IMG/VR virus record: IMGVR_UViG_3300032007_000002
Direction: 5' to 3' (one strand)
Length of the DNA stretch: 64,000 nucleotides
Source: a virus
Taxonomy: Duplodnaviria > Heunggongvirae > Uroviricota > Caudoviricetes
Made by a program: the position numbers and the translations under genes
The notes under the pieces: generated by a model
Told to the model about the DNA's origin: nothing
Seen by the model: the letters and a program-made list of their open reading frames with translations, nothing else
Databases searched by the model: none
Part shown: one piece after another, positions 8,930 to 19,063 of the stretch
How the letters are laid out: each line of letters starts with the position of its first letter
Position numbering within the stretch: the first letter of the stretch is position 1

Positions 8930-9611
8930 TCCCGGCCTCCTTTTCTTCTTCCTTGTAGCCCTCGATGCCGATCTGGGTGCCGATGTTCCTCACCGCGGCG
9001 TCGAACTGCTTCTTCATCTCCGCGTCGGAGAGGACGTACAGCCACTGCTTCTGGTCAGGGTCCTTGCCGGTAAGCAGCAGGGTGGCGTTATCGAAGTAGC
9101 AGGACTTGAACGTGGCGAAATTGTAGGACCGGGACAGTGAAGTCCTTTCGGCGGGCTTGACTTCGAAGCCGGGGCCGGACACGGAAATCGTCAGCCTGTT
9201 GTAGATGCCGTCACGGGCCTCGACATGGGCCGCCTTGAAGTAGGTGAACTTGTCGGCGCCTTCCTTGAAGCACAGGTTCTTGCCGACCAGCTCGGCTTCC
9301 GCCAGCGGCTGTATCAGCTTGACCGTCTCCGCATAGATCTGTTCCTTGGTCTTGGGTATGGCCGGCGCGGTCTCGGGCGCCTCGAACTGCGCGACGATGT
9401 CCTTCGCCATCTGTTCCGCCTCGTCGAACGACGGGTCGCTTTCGCTGATTCGGCAGACGCGGTTGAGGAGGGCCGTCGATGCCTCGCGGAGGCGGGCACG
9501 CTTGGCGGTTGGGTCGAGGTAGAGGGATTTGTCTGCCTTGGCGGTTTCCTCGTAGTGCCTGATCTGGAAGGCGAGTTCCGCGGATGCAACGAACTGTTCC
9601 TGTTTCTTCAT
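8922..9611 (-). CDS. hypothetical protein
   Basis: ORF track; motif copy at 9639-9651 upstream. Confidence 0.55.
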   Translation of the reverse strand: MKKQEQFVASAELAFQIRHYEETAKADKSLYLDPTAKRARLREASTALLNRVCRISESDPSFDEAEQMAKDIVAQFEAPETAPAIPKTKEQIYAETVKLIQPLAEAELVGKNLCFKEGADKFTYFKAAHVEARDGIYNRLTISVSGPGFEVKPAERTSLSRSYNFATFKSCYFDNATLLLTGKDPDQKQWLYVLSDAEMKKQFDAAVRNIGTQIGIEGYKEEEKEAGND

Positions 9612-9652
9612 AAATTTCCTCTTGGTGCTGGGCTTGCCTGAAATATAGCAAT

Positions 9653-9820
9653 TTACGCCCGGCGCCGCTTGAACTTCCGGGAAATCTCGAAACGGGCGTT
9701 CGGGTTCAGCTGCGGGAGGCTTGAAGAAAGGAGCATCCAGCTGTTGTCAACCGTATGCTCCTTCCTGTATCTCTCCTCTGCCGCGAGCGCCCGGGACCAT
9801 GTGTCCTTGCGCCTGGCCAT
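9653..9820 (-). CDS. small basic protein (55 aa)
   Basis: ATG at 9820 preceded by AGGAGCCCCGCC; Arg/Lys-rich C-terminus; inferred from ORF 9653..9910. Confidence 0.35.
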   Translation of the reverse strand: MARRKDTWSRALAAEERYRKEHTVDNSWMLLSSSLPQLNPNARFEISRKFKRRRA

Positions 9821-9830
9821 GGCGGGGCTC

Positions 9831-10591
9831 CTATTGGTAGATACGGAACAGGCGTTGTACTTCTTCCCCGTCGAACTTGGGGGAACCGATGTTCTCCGTG
9901 ATGTAGTCATACGCCTTGATGATGTTCTCGCGGTCGGTGTTCAGGGTGTCCAGGATGCGGTCCTTGTTGGCGCGGAGGTACTCGACGCACTTCTCCTTGC
10001 CGCGGGCGTCCTGGAACTTCCTGAATACGTGGAAGACCCTGCTGTATGGGTCGGGCGTGTCCATGTAGTGTTCGAGGAGCTTGAGCCGGTGCGCGTCCGA
10101 GTCGAGTCCGAAGTCCGTGAACAGTATGCACGGGATGACACTGGCGATCGTGTCCCGGAGGGTGACCGCTTCGAGCCGGATCTGGTCCATGAGCAGCATC
10201 TCCTTGAACGACAGCTCGACAACCTTGCCGTCCTTGTCAACCAGGTCCTTGTAGAAGTTACCGTCGATCGCGCACCTGGTGCGCATTGTCATGGACTTCC
10301 CGTACAGGATAAGCGGCTTCGTGAGGACCGATGGCTCGTCCCCCAGCTGGACTTCGGTCCCGGGTTCGAGGTAGAGCCACTTCCCCAGGAATACATCGGC
10401 AGCCTCCTGCAGCCTCTTGTGGAACGGGGCATACTGGCGGGCGAGCGTGATGGGGGCGGATGCAAAGTTGATCTGGTCGCTCAGACGGTCGTATTCCTTG
10501 TCCGTCTTCTCATGCAGTTCCTTGCGCTTGGACTCCTTCATCCCGAGGTAATCCATAAATTCTTGTTCGCTTGGCGGATTGAACTTGTCCA
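9831..10591 (-). CDS. hypothetical protein
   Basis: Start at MDKFNPP; ATG overlaps upstream stop in ATCTAATGGACA; the 417-aa track ORF is an out-of-gene N-terminal extension. Confidence 0.5.
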
Positions 10592-11247
10592 TTAGATACC
10601 CAACTCCTTGAAGATGCCCTTGATTGCGTCGATGCTGTTGCTCATGAGGCGGCCGTCGATGTTCTTGATGTATTCGTCGCGTTCCGACCGCAGCTTCGCC
10701 TTGAAGTCTTCGATGTCGATCCGGTAACACTTGCGTTCGTCCTTGAACTCGTTGCACAGTTCCCGGATGAAGTTTTCCAGCTCGCAGAGGTCTCCCGCCC
10801 CGAACGACGCGGTCCTGAAGATTACGGGCGACATTGAGTACCCCGGGGCGAATTGGAACATGTCCAGGTAGACCTCGTTGCACCGGAACCACTGCTCGGG
10901 AGTGAGGACGGCGTCGCCGTGGTCGAGAACCTCGAAGCTCTCGCCGTCCTTGATGCCCACCCTGAGCCCCTTGACGCGGAATACCGTCGGGTGGTTGCCT
11001 ACGCCGAGCTCGTGTGCGCACCACCTGCCGGCCAGGTTTCCCCGGACCCGTCGGGCGAGTTCGATAACCTTGTTGAGGTCGCACATCTCGTGCGAGCAGC
11101 GGCGGAGCCTCTCCTTGCGCTCGTCGACTGCACGCCTGGCGTCTTCCAGCTTGTTTTCGTATGCGTCAATCTGTTCCGGGGTCATTTCCCTCAGCTTCTC
11201 GAACAGTTCCGCCATCTTCTTCGCTTCTTTTTCTTCTTTGCCCATTG
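10592..11247 (-). CDS. hypothetical protein
   Basis: Start at MGKEEKEAKK (ATG 11247); upstream track residues are Arg-rich, not coding-like. Confidence 0.5.
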
Positions 11248-11891
11248 CTATACCCTGATGAACTGGTGTTTGTGCTCGTCCACGTACTTGTAAATGTTTT
11301 GGAGCGACTGCGAATCGGCCTCCCTGACCTTCTGCTCGTGCCGTTCGCGATTGTAGAGGATGTTGAAGATGTCGTTGTCGAAGTAGGTCATCCAGCCGGC
11401 ATGCTCGATTTCCTCGATGGACTTCCAGCAGACGGACATGCGCTCGTTCTCCATCACCGGGACGACGATGCGGACGATGTCCGTGGTCGGTTCCGGCCAG
11501 AAGCGGGCGTTGCCGTGCTTCATGTGTCTCTGCGTGAAGCCTTCGCCCCACCCGTCGCCGAACTGGCTGCGGGCGTCATCGACGATTGCCTTCAATGCGG
11601 CCTTGAATGCGTCGTCATTCCTTACGAGCTGGTGGCCGAAATAGTAGCCGATGCAGAGCAGGAGGCCCTTCTTGCTGTCGAACGTGACGAAGTGCTGCGC
11701 CATTTCCACGCCCTTCGGGAGGTCCGACGCGTTGTGCGGGAAGTTCCTCGCAAACCAGGTCGTGGAGAACCATTCGAGGAACGCGGGGAGGATTTCCCTT
11801 TCGTGGGCGACGGACAGCCGGTCGTGGTTGTCTCCCGTGCTTACGTTCAGCTTGAAGTAGATCTGGACGATGTCGTCGTAAGTGTCTTTCA
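11248..11891 (-). CDS. hypothetical protein, tandem paralog of 11901..12647
   Basis: Start MKDTYDD with AGGAGCA SD; DAFKAALKAIVDDARSQFGDGW and RIVVPVMENERMSVCWKSIEEIEHAGW align with the upstream gene. Confidence 0.55.
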
Positions 11892-11900
11892 TATATGCTC

Positions 11901-12647
11901 CTAGCAGTATTTTGCGTAGAAAAACTGTTTCTTGTGCTTCCTGCACCACTTGTATGCGGCGAGCCGGTTGCGTTCATACTGGATGCAGGGGTCGTTGTCG
12001 AGGTCGATGCCGGTGTTTGCCCAGGCTGCGAGCATCCGGTCGAGGCGGTCCCGCACCCGCTTCACCGTTTCCCTGTGCTCCTTGGCATGGTACATGATGT
12101 TGTGGGCGTCGTTGTCGTGGCCGAGTGCCCATTCGACATGCTCGACATCCTTGATGCTGTCCCACCGGAACATCAGCTGTTCCCTGCCTCCCACCGGGGC
12201 GACAATCCTGACGGGCTCACCGTTTCCCCACACGTCGAACCTGACGCCGTTGGACGTGAATTCGAAGTGGGTGTTCAGCCAGGAGTCGAAGCTGCTCTCG
12301 ATGTCCTCGGAAGCCTTCGCAAGGGCGTCCTTGAACGCTTCGGTATGGTAGAGGATGCGGTGCTCCACGCCGTAGTTGACGCAGAGGGCCAGGCCGATGC
12401 TGTCGGCGAGCGTCATGAAGTAATTCAGGCTCTTCACTCCGTCGGGCAGCTTGTAGTGTGGTTCGTTCCTGGACTGGTAGGAGCAGTTGAAGGCCAGCAT
12501 CAGGTCGGGAAGGAGCTGGCGTTCCTCTTCCGGCGTGTCGAAGAACGGCCCGGTATAGTCGTCATCGTCCCACCCCTTGACGTTCAGCGGTTCGAGACGG
12601 AGAGGGTAATAGACCTGGACGGTCTCGCTCTGTTCGTGTGTACTCAT
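11901..12647 (-). CDS. hypothetical protein, tandem paralog of 11248..11891
   Basis: ORF track; promoter-like motif abuts the start (TATATTTCCTGC-ATG). Confidence 0.6.
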   Translation of the reverse strand: MSTHEQSETVQVYYPLRLEPLNVKGWDDDDYTGPFFDTPEEERQLLPDLMLAFNCSYQSRNEPHYKLPDGVKSLNYFMTLADSIGLALCVNYGVEHRILYHTEAFKDALAKASEDIESSFDSWLNTHFEFTSNGVRFDVWGNGEPVRIVAPVGGREQLMFRWDSIKDVEHVEWALGHDNDAHNIMYHAKEHRETVKRVRDRLDRMLAAWANTGIDLDNDPCIQYERNRLAAYKWCRKHKKQFFYAKYC

Positions 12648-12650
12648 GCA

Positions 12651-12666
12651 GGAAATATAGCAAAAA
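12651..12666 (-). promoter_or_regulatory. conserved phage promoter-like motif
   Basis: ggaaatatagcaaaaa on the + strand, directly adjacent to the minus-strand ATG at 12647. Confidence 0.55.
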
Positions 12667-12710
12667 CGGGCAGCACGCGGCCACCCGTAATTCCTGACAC
12701 CAGGGCAGGA

Positions 12711-13361
12711 TCAGCCCCGGGCAAATTTCCTCCGTTCCGCCCGGTTCCTCGGCGTTAGCGTATGCCCGTTTGCCGGGACGTTCTTGTAGAGGTACCTTAG
12801 CGCAATGTCGATGCCGTGCATGTTCCGTTCGGGCTTCCCTTCCGTCGCGAGCGCGGTGGAAATCAGTTCCTCTACCCGCTTGCCCTCGGCGGCCCATTTC
12901 GGTCTCGCCGTGGCGGAATCCATGTAGCAATACCGGATAGTGTCCGCCCACGTGAGGCTGGCACCCCACATCGGGGGCATCCTGCGCTGGCTCAGCGGCA
13001 GGCTGTGCTCGTCGATGCCCCTGCGTTCGAGGTCGGCCTTCCACCTGGCATAGCTCTTGATGGCTTCCTGGCGGGCGTAGTAGAGCTTCCTCGCCCGGTC
13101 CATAATCGCGTCGGCGTATTTCCTGGAGTCGCAGATTTCACCCTTGACGGAATACCCTACTTCCTCGACCCGATACGAGATGGGCGCGGCCTCGGGTTCG
13201 TGATTTTCCAGCCAGTCAATCTCGGCCTCGTAGTCATACGGGGAGCAGAAGTGGCCAACGAGCCACGTCTTGCCGGACGGATAGACCTTATAGAGGGCAT
13301 AGGCGATGCTTCCCGCCCAGAGACGGTTCGGGTTCAGCGGGACGTATTGAATATTAGGCAT
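12711..13361 (-). CDS. hypothetical protein; N-terminal domain paralogous to 26088..26576
   Basis: YALYKVYPSGKTWLVGHF vs YRLFKVYPSCKWLVGYY in 26088..26576. Confidence 0.5.
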   Translation of the reverse strand: MPNIQYVPLNPNRLWAGSIAYALYKVYPSGKTWLVGHFCSPYDYEAEIDWLENHEPEAAPISYRVEEVGYSVKGEICDSRKYADAIMDRARKLYYARQEAIKSYARWKADLERRGIDEHSLPLSQRRMPPMWGASLTWADTIRYCYMDSATARPKWAAEGKRVEELISTALATEGKPERNMHGIDIALRYLYKNVPANGHTLTPRNRAERRKFARG

Positions 13362-13563
13362 TTTCGGGTTCTCCCGGCACGGAGCGGGGGCATTTCAGTG
13401 GGAGCCCCCTTCGTTCGCGGTCCGTGCAGTCGATGCACAGCCACTTGCCGTGCATGTAGGTCATGCCTCCCACGCCGCCGATCAGGGCTCCGCAGCCCTG
13501 GCAGTTGGACGGTCTGAGGTTGCGGGGCTTCTCGAAGTCCGGGAGTTCAGGGAACTTTCTCAT
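13354..13563 (-). CDS. small zinc-ribbon protein
   Basis: CQGC...CIDC. Confidence 0.4.
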   Translation of the reverse strand: MRKFPELPDFEKPRNLRPSNCQGCGALIGGVGGMTYMHGKWLCIDCTDRERRGLPLKCPRSVPGEPENA

Positions 13564-13566
13564 TGT

Positions 13567-14109
13567 CTATCCTCCTACTTTGACTGGCCTGGTGTGTGCG
13601 TGGCACTGGCCGATAATCGAATTGGGTACTTTCTCCGGGTGGCACTCGTATGACGGGTCAGCATCGCGTTCCATCGGGTCCACCTTTACGTTCAGCGTGA
13701 TTGACGCGAACGGTGGCGGGACTGCCACGACCTTCATGTCGTAACGGATCGAATAGTTCGTCTCGACGATGTTGGTAAGCTCCACCTTGGCGTCGGTGCA
13801 TTCCGGGTGGAGTGCCAAGAAGGCGGCACGCAATGCCTTTACCCGGAGGGCAATCTTCTCATCAATTCCGGCCAGAGCTTCATCAAGCGTCTTGCGAACG
13901 TCGTCCGGGCTCATTATGTCCAGGAACGCTTCGAGCTTCCATGCAGTCCCGTATAACTCGATCTGGACGGCGCCGAACTCGGACTTACCGAGGGTTGCCT
14001 TCGGGTATTTGTCGAGGAGCGGGCGGAAAATCTTGCGTTCCACGTCACTGCAGCAGTCAAGCAATGCAAGACGGTCATTATTGGGCTGTTTTCCAAGATT
14101 GCTAAGCAT
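13567..14109 (-). CDS. hypothetical protein
   Basis: ORF track. Confidence 0.5.
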   Translation of the reverse strand: MLSNLGKQPNNDRLALLDCCSDVERKIFRPLLDKYPKATLGKSEFGAVQIELYGTAWKLEAFLDIMSPDDVRKTLDEALAGIDEKIALRVKALRAAFLALHPECTDAKVELTNIVETNYSIRYDMKVVAVPPPFASITLNVKVDPMERDADPSYECHPEKVPNSIIGQCHAHTRPVKVGG

Positions 14110-14743
14110 GCGGGTTATACCTCTTCTTTCCTAGTTTGTAGCCGTCCCCGTCGGCTTCCAGCGGGGAGACGAACTCGTGACAGATGTATGCACCGAAAGA
14201 GGACTTGTCGCCCCATTCATAATGTACCTTATAGAGCGATACGAGGGCATACAGTTTTCGCCGCTGCCTGAATGGCGTGACGTAAATGCCGCTATAATAC
14301 GAATAATCCGAATTCCACTGATCCATCGCGATTTGCGGTTCGGGCTCCGGCTTCTTGTCGAGATAGAACCGGGCGCGGACACCCAGCGTGGGGAACAGCC
14401 TATTCTCGATTTTATCGGTGTCCTTCAACTCGACGGTATATACCTTCTCCGAATTATATATGCACATCTGGGATTCTATTTTCGGTATTATCAACTGGAC
14501 CTGGTCGCCTTCTACATAGATGCGCAATAATGCCAGCGCGTCCTCAATCTTGATGGTATATTCTTCCCACAGGCCACCGCGATTGCACTGGAACGTGTTT
14601 TCCGCCAGGCCAATAATCCCACTACCGCCACGGACCACGTTCGGAAAGAACGGATTGGAACGGTCGGATGCAGTCTTGCGTTTCGGGACGGACCAAACAC
14701 CGGTAATTTTCGGGATGCGCAAATTCGACAGATCAAACTTCAT
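14102..14743 (-). CDS. hypothetical protein
   Basis: Start at MKFDLS (ATG 14743); track N-terminus KYSKIYYILF is the translated promoter motif. Confidence 0.5.
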   Translation of the reverse strand: MKFDLSNLRIPKITGVWSVPKRKTASDRSNPFFPNVVRGGSGIIGLAENTFQCNRGGLWEEYTIKIEDALALLRIYVEGDQVQLIIPKIESQMCIYNSEKVYTVELKDTDKIENRLFPTLGVRARFYLDKKPEPEPQIAMDQWNSDYSYYSGIYVTPFRQRRKLYALVSLYKVHYEWGDKSSFGAYICHEFVSPLEADGDGYKLGKKRYNPHA

Positions 14744-14747
14744 GAAC

Positions 14748-14774
14748 AAAATATAGTAAATTTTGCTATATTTC
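14748..14774. promoter_or_regulatory. divergent pair of promoter-like motifs (aaaatatagtaaa / ttttgctatatttc)
   Basis: Back-to-back copies between the minus start at 14743 and the plus start at 14779. Confidence 0.55.
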
Positions 14775-14778
14775 GGCC

Positions 14779-15357
14779 ATGGAACTGCCAAAATATGTAT
14801 ATGCAATACTTGCCGCAATCGCCCTCTTCATCCTGCTCAAGGACGACCTGGAACTGGCATGGTCAACAATCAAGTTCAGACGTGCATGGAGACGAACCGC
14901 GCTCCAGATAATTCACGAGATGGACGAGCGCAATACCGAATGGCGCGTGCATGTCAACGCGGGCACGCCGTCCACGCCGTTCCATGTCCAGCGCAAGGTG
15001 CCGAAAGCCGGAGACACGTTCTTCCAGCACTGGGAATGGTGGACGGAAAAGATGTTCGCCGACCCGAAGGATGCCGCGGAATTTTACCAGTGGATGGCTA
15101 TTGGTCGGTTCAAAGAAGCGGAACCGAAACCGAGGACGGTGGCGGAGAGCATCATAGACGACGTCCGCTGGAAACGGGATGTCGCCCGGAACGAAAAACT
15201 TACAGTCGAACAGCGCTATGCCATGATTAACGGCTACAGCCCGTATATCTCCCACCCGAACCTCGGCCACGTCGACGGCCCCGGCCTCCCGACCTGGGAG
15301 GAACACTGCGCCTATATCGAGAAGTGCGTAAAGGAGGCGGCAAATGCCGAAGTATAG
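14779..15357 (+). CDS. hypothetical protein with N-terminal transmembrane helix
   Basis: ORF track; motif 5 nt upstream of the ATG. Confidence 0.55.
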   Translation: MELPKYVYAILAAIALFILLKDDLELAWSTIKFRRAWRRTALQIIHEMDERNTEWRVHVNAGTPSTPFHVQRKVPKAGDTFFQHWEWWTEKMFADPKDAAEFYQWMAIGRFKEAEPKPRTVAESIIDDVRWKRDVARNEKLTVEQRYAMINGYSPYISHPNLGHVDGPGLPTWEEHCAYIEKCVKEAANAEV

Positions 15358-15375
15358 CAGCCGGGACATGCAGAG

Positions 15376-15498
15376 GCTTGCCGGCAGCGTCCCGAGCATA
15401 GAGCAACGGATGGGCAAAGCCAAGGCCGCGATTGCGGAATCGTGGAAATCATATATAGCCACATACCAGACACAAAGGAATGTAAAATGATTGAAACA
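15376..15498 (+). CDS. possible small ORF (40 aa)
   Basis: Read by eye: MQRLAGSVPSIEQRMGKAKAAIAESWKSYIATYQTQRNVK; stop overlaps the next start (ATGA). Confidence 0.25.
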
Positions 15499-15810
15499 AT
15501 CAAGATGAATGCGAACGTCTTATTCGAGCTGACCGAGAAAGGTCTCGACGCGATCGCCCGCCACCTGAAACAGCTCTACGGCAAGGAAGATGTCCAGGCG
15601 GAACTGGAAAAATTCCTTGCCAACCACAGGTCCCTGATGCCCAACCCGAACTTTCAGGGCCACAAGATGTACCGCCTGGAGCTGTTCGAGTTCATGCACA
15701 TCTTCGGCCAGCAGCTGACCTGGGGTGCCGAGGCGGTGACAGTCGGCAACGTAATCTACTACGACAACGGCAAAGAAGATCATACACCGTGGATCACCAA
15801 CCAGGGGTAG
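15487..15810 (+). CDS. hypothetical protein
   Basis: ATG after AAAGGAA; inferred from track ORF 15442..15810. Confidence 0.45.
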   Translation: MIETIKMNANVLFELTEKGLDAIARHLKQLYGKEDVQAELEKFLANHRSLMPNPNFQGHKMYRLELFEFMHIFGQQLTWGAEAVTVGNVIYYDNGKEDHTPWITNQG

Positions 15811-15814
15811 CCGC

Positions 15815-16066
15815 ATGACGCCGGAAGAACTCATAAAATACCTTCTCGAAAGCGGCTTCACCAAGAACGGCGACGACTACGAGAAGGACATCCTCGTGGC
15901 AAGGCGCAACGAGAAGGAAAAGCGGTTCGAGATATTCTACCGCGGCAAGGGAGACACCGAGGACACCCCTGCGGTTCACTGGTATGACCAGTTCCTTGCC
16001 GATTCGACGCCCGCCGCGATGAGGCAGCTCTTCACAGGTCTCTATGACGAGATAAAGAACTTTTAG
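15815..16066 (+). CDS. hypothetical protein
   Basis: ORF track. Confidence 0.45.
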   Translation: MTPEELIKYLLESGFTKNGDDYEKDILVARRNEKEKRFEIFYRGKGDTEDTPAVHWYDQFLADSTPAAMRQLFTGLYDEIKNF

Positions 16067-16094
16067 CTATATTTTACAGAAAGGAGCCATTCCC

Positions 16095-16379
16095 ATGAAA
16101 AAACTGTTACTCTTATTGTTGGCTGTTGCCGCCCTTACCGGTTGCGAACCCAGCAAATCCCCTTACCGTTACACCGAAAACGACCAGACTGTCCATGTGT
16201 CGTGGCCGGGCGGCTCTTGCTGGGGCAAGCTCGATACCTACTGGCATGACCGCTCATACAGCTACAAGGTCGTCTGCCAGAACGGGCCGACCGTATATGC
16301 GCTGAGCAACTTCACCGTCAGCACCGACAGGTTGCCGGAAGCATGCGTCCAGGGGGACACCACATGGCAGAAGCAATAA
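16095..16379 (+). CDS. putative lipoprotein
   Basis: MKKLLLLLLAVAALTGC signal peptide with lipobox LTGC; AAGGAG SD; variant motif TTTTAGCTATATTTTAC at 16061-16077. Confidence 0.55.
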   Translation: MKKLLLLLLAVAALTGCEPSKSPYRYTENDQTVHVSWPGGSCWGKLDTYWHDRSYSYKVVCQNGPTVYALSNFTVSTDRLPEACVQGDTTWQKQ

Positions 16380-16741
16380 AGTTCGAACCGGATCCCGAGG
16401 GGATGGAAAGGCTGAAGGCGGAAGGCTTCGACACCGGCATGTGCGGCGTAGTCGCCGTGCCTCCCTACTGCCTGGACCCGGAACCGCCCGCGCAACAACG
16501 CCCGAAGCACGCCATCGTCCACCCGGGCGCACCCAAGGGCTACTGGAAGCTCATCCCCCACCTGTTCCGCGACGACGAATACCAGGTGGACTGGCAGTGC
16601 AAATGCGGGACCAACAACACCTTCACCAAGACGGTGTCCGAACTGAAAAAGTTCCCCCAGTTCGCCGTCTACTGCACCCACTGCAACGAACGGCTCAACG
16701 TAACATTCACCATGGCGGAGACCGCAAATGAGCAAGTATAG
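16365..16741 (+). CDS. hypothetical Cys-containing protein
   Basis: ATG overlapping the previous stop; C.C...C..C. Confidence 0.45.
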
Positions 16742-17294
16742 GAAATTCATCGAAGAGTGCCACCCGGAACTCCTCCAGGAGGCGGAAATCTACGTGAACG
16801 GCGCCATCACCAAGGAAACGGTCAAACGCCTGATCAAGAAGCAGCAGGAACTGGACGAGACCCGCGAGCGCGTCCCGTGGTACGAGTTCCCGTTCAGCTA
16901 CAAGCAGCAGTTTAGGGACGGCCAATACTATGCGACCGAGACCAGCAACATCAGCTTCCGCGACGCGTTCGCCATGTTCACCGACCACTTCTGGCACGAG
17001 AAGTTCAGGCCGATCCCGAACCTGGCCGAGGCGCCGCGCTCGCACTGGCCGTTCGAGTTCATGCTCGGCCAGCTCAAGACGGACGAGAAGACATTCATGG
17101 ACCGTTTCATGGACTTCCTCTACAACCCGGAAAGCATCGGCTACATCAAGAAAGCTGCACCGGACGGCGCGGACACCGAGGACATGTGCTGGGACGGCAG
17201 CAAATACGCATACAAGGCGACCGGAATATACAAGAAACGCCCAATGATGGCCTGCATCAAGGACTGGATCAAGGCGATGCACTTTGAATGGTGA
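16728..17294 (+). CDS. hypothetical protein
   Basis: ORF track. Confidence 0.5.
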   Translation: MSKYRKFIEECHPELLQEAEIYVNGAITKETVKRLIKKQQELDETRERVPWYEFPFSYKQQFRDGQYYATETSNISFRDAFAMFTDHFWHEKFRPIPNLAEAPRSHWPFEFMLGQLKTDEKTFMDRFMDFLYNPESIGYIKKAAPDGADTEDMCWDGSKYAYKATGIYKKRPMMACIKDWIKAMHFEW

Positions 17295-17301
17295 GGTAAC
17301 T

Positions 17302-17460
17302 ATGTCAGCAATCGACATCAAACCGCTCCCGGGCGCGAACGGGGACATCAAGCAAGGCCTCAAGAACCTCTGCGACAGCATCCCGAAGGACACCGTAATC
17401 ATGTGCCCATACGTCTTTAAGATCATCCCCCATCCGGGCAAGGAGGCATCCAATGCTTAG
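17302..17460 (+). CDS. possible small protein (52 aa)
   Basis: Read by eye: MSAIDIKPLPGANGDIKQGLKNLCDSIPKDTVIMCPYVFKIIPHPGKEASNA; GGTGAGG SD. Confidence 0.3.
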   Translation: MSAIDIKPLPGANGDIKQGLKNLCDSIPKDTVIMCPYVFKIIPHPGKEASNA

Positions 17461-17731
17461 CACCATGTTCGCCCTGTTTATCTTCACCGGATATACGGTG
17501 ACAGCGGACCTGCAATTCGCCACGCGGGAACAATGCGAGGCCGTCCGAACCCAAATCCAGAAGCCGAGGGTCGCCTTCAAGTCCCAGTGCGTCGAGATAC
17601 AGGTTCCCGTAAAGACGCTAGAATGCGAGGTGGAAAATTTCACGTTCCATAATGAAGAAACGCACAGACATAACGTATATGTTCACTATTTTCCGGCCAT
17701 CGGCAAAATCAAGTGCAAGGAGGTGAAATAA
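17453..17731 (+). CDS. small secreted cysteine-containing protein
   Basis: Signal-peptide-like MLSTMFALFIFTGYTVTA; AGGAGG SD. Confidence 0.5.
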   Translation: MLSTMFALFIFTGYTVTADLQFATREQCEAVRTQIQKPRVAFKSQCVEIQVPVKTLECEVENFTFHNEETHRHNVYVHYFPAIGKIKCKEVK

Positions 17732-18174
17732 TGCCATACCAGCCACTAGACACCCCGTTCCTTGTCCAGCGCTTCTGCATCATGTGCAGGGCGTTCTTTC
17801 CCGACTGTGAACTTGACATCCCCGGAGACGGGACCGTGACGGCTACCTTCGGGAAGCTGGGATATGCCGACATGTACCCGTCCGTCGCACCCGACCGTAC
17901 CCAGGAAGACCCCGGTGACATGCTGATGCTTCTGCAATCGGGCGAAGTGTGGGTGAACGACAAGTTGCTATGGAGCGGATATGACGTGGAAAAGTTCCTT
18001 GAAGTGCTAAAACAGTTCAGCCGCGACCCGGAAGGAACCACGAAATTCTACGTCAGGAAAAACAAGAAGGCCGCATCTGCCGCAAAGCGCCGGAACGAAA
18101 AGCGCCGCGAAAAACAGATGGCGATCTACCACCAAAGGCTGGAAGAATGCCATGCGACAATAGGAATGGACTAA
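17732..18174 (+). CDS. hypothetical protein
   Basis: ATG after GGAGGTGA; from track ORF 17713..18174. Confidence 0.45.
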
Positions 18175-18175
18175 C

Positions 18176-18514
18176 ATGGCAAGAATTAAAAAGGTTTACA
18201 TCGTCAGCGGCCTCGACTTCAATGACGGCAATACGCCAATCAGCGACTGGCGCCTGCTCCACCGTGCGCTATTCGACGAATACAAAAAAGGCGTGCACTG
18301 GGACCACGATGTCGTATATGAAGTCAACCTGGAAGGAACCGGCATCAAGCTGGAAAAATGGTATGGCGACCGGTTCTACTCCACCAATGACAAGACCAAG
18401 CTCAAGGACCTGCGCATAACGGCATACCGGATCGGGGCAGACCACAAACGGCTCGATACGGTAGTCCCGTGCCCATGGGACACTTCGCTATCCAAGGGGT
18501 GCCAGAATGGATAA
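18176..18514 (+). CDS. hypothetical protein
   Basis: ORF track. Confidence 0.5.
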   Translation: MARIKKVYIVSGLDFNDGNTPISDWRLLHRALFDEYKKGVHWDHDVVYEVNLEGTGIKLEKWYGDRFYSTNDKTKLKDLRITAYRIGADHKRLDTVVPCPWDTSLSKGCQNG

Positions 18515-19028
18515 GAAATACTGCTGTGCCAAGTGCAGCAACCGGTACCATGTGGACGACAATACCGTATGCTGCTGGTGGAACCCCGGATGCGGCGTAG
18601 AACCCAACACCGAAGGCTGGTACGTGTTCAGCGCCGAGCAGGCCAAGGAATGCGGATGCGGGCACCACTTCCCGGACATTTTCAGCGACCGCAGGTACGC
18701 CAGGCTCCCTTATGACGCCTGGAAGAGCATTTACCATCCCGGAAGCACGGCAAACCTATCCGACGAATACGAGGAATACTCCAACAAGGTCCGCGCATCT
18801 CGCTACACCAGCCACAGGTATGTCCTCGAATATGGGTACCCGGACGTAGGCGGGTACCAGGACGTCTGGACCGAGGAGTTCGATACGCAGGAAGCCGCTG
18901 TCGCCGCTGCCGTCAAGGCCAGCAAAGACCCGGTCAACTACAACATCACCGTCGCCCACAAGTACCACAACAACAGGTACAACCGCGACGAAAGCGAGTG
19001 GGTGGACTGGAAGAAGCTGGCCAAGTAG
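18507..19028 (+). CDS. cysteine-rich protein
   Basis: CCAKCSN...CCWWNPGCG...CGCGHH. Confidence 0.5.
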   Translation: MDKKYCCAKCSNRYHVDDNTVCCWWNPGCGVEPNTEGWYVFSAEQAKECGCGHHFPDIFSDRRYARLPYDAWKSIYHPGSTANLSDEYEEYSNKVRASRYTSHRYVLEYGYPDVGGYQDVWTEEFDTQEAAVAAAVKASKDPVNYNITVAHKYHNNRYNRDESEWVDWKKLAK

Positions 19029-19032
19029 CCGT

Positions 19033-19046
19033 TTTGCTATATTTCA
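19033..19046 (+). promoter_or_regulatory. conserved phage promoter-like motif (ttttgctatatttc), ends at an in-frame ATG
   Basis: Motif followed immediately by ATG 19046 and ATG 19064. Confidence 0.55.
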
Positions 19047-19063
19047 TGCCGGAGGACCACATT

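Noticed and set aside
9669-10595. 308-aa plus-strand ORF
   Set aside because: Antisense to 9831-10591; no Shine-Dalgarno or motif; composition-driven.
9831-11084. 417-aa minus-strand ORF
   Set aside because: N-terminal 164 aa overlaps gene 10592-11247 in another frame and is Arg-rich; trimmed to MDKFNPP at 10591.
14763-15230. ORFs beginning MLYF… (also 7839, 9211, 30263, 43716, 44813)
   Set aside because: The MLYF N-termini are the conserved promoter motif (TTG CTA TAT TTC) translated from an alternative TTG start; real starts are the first ATG just downstream.
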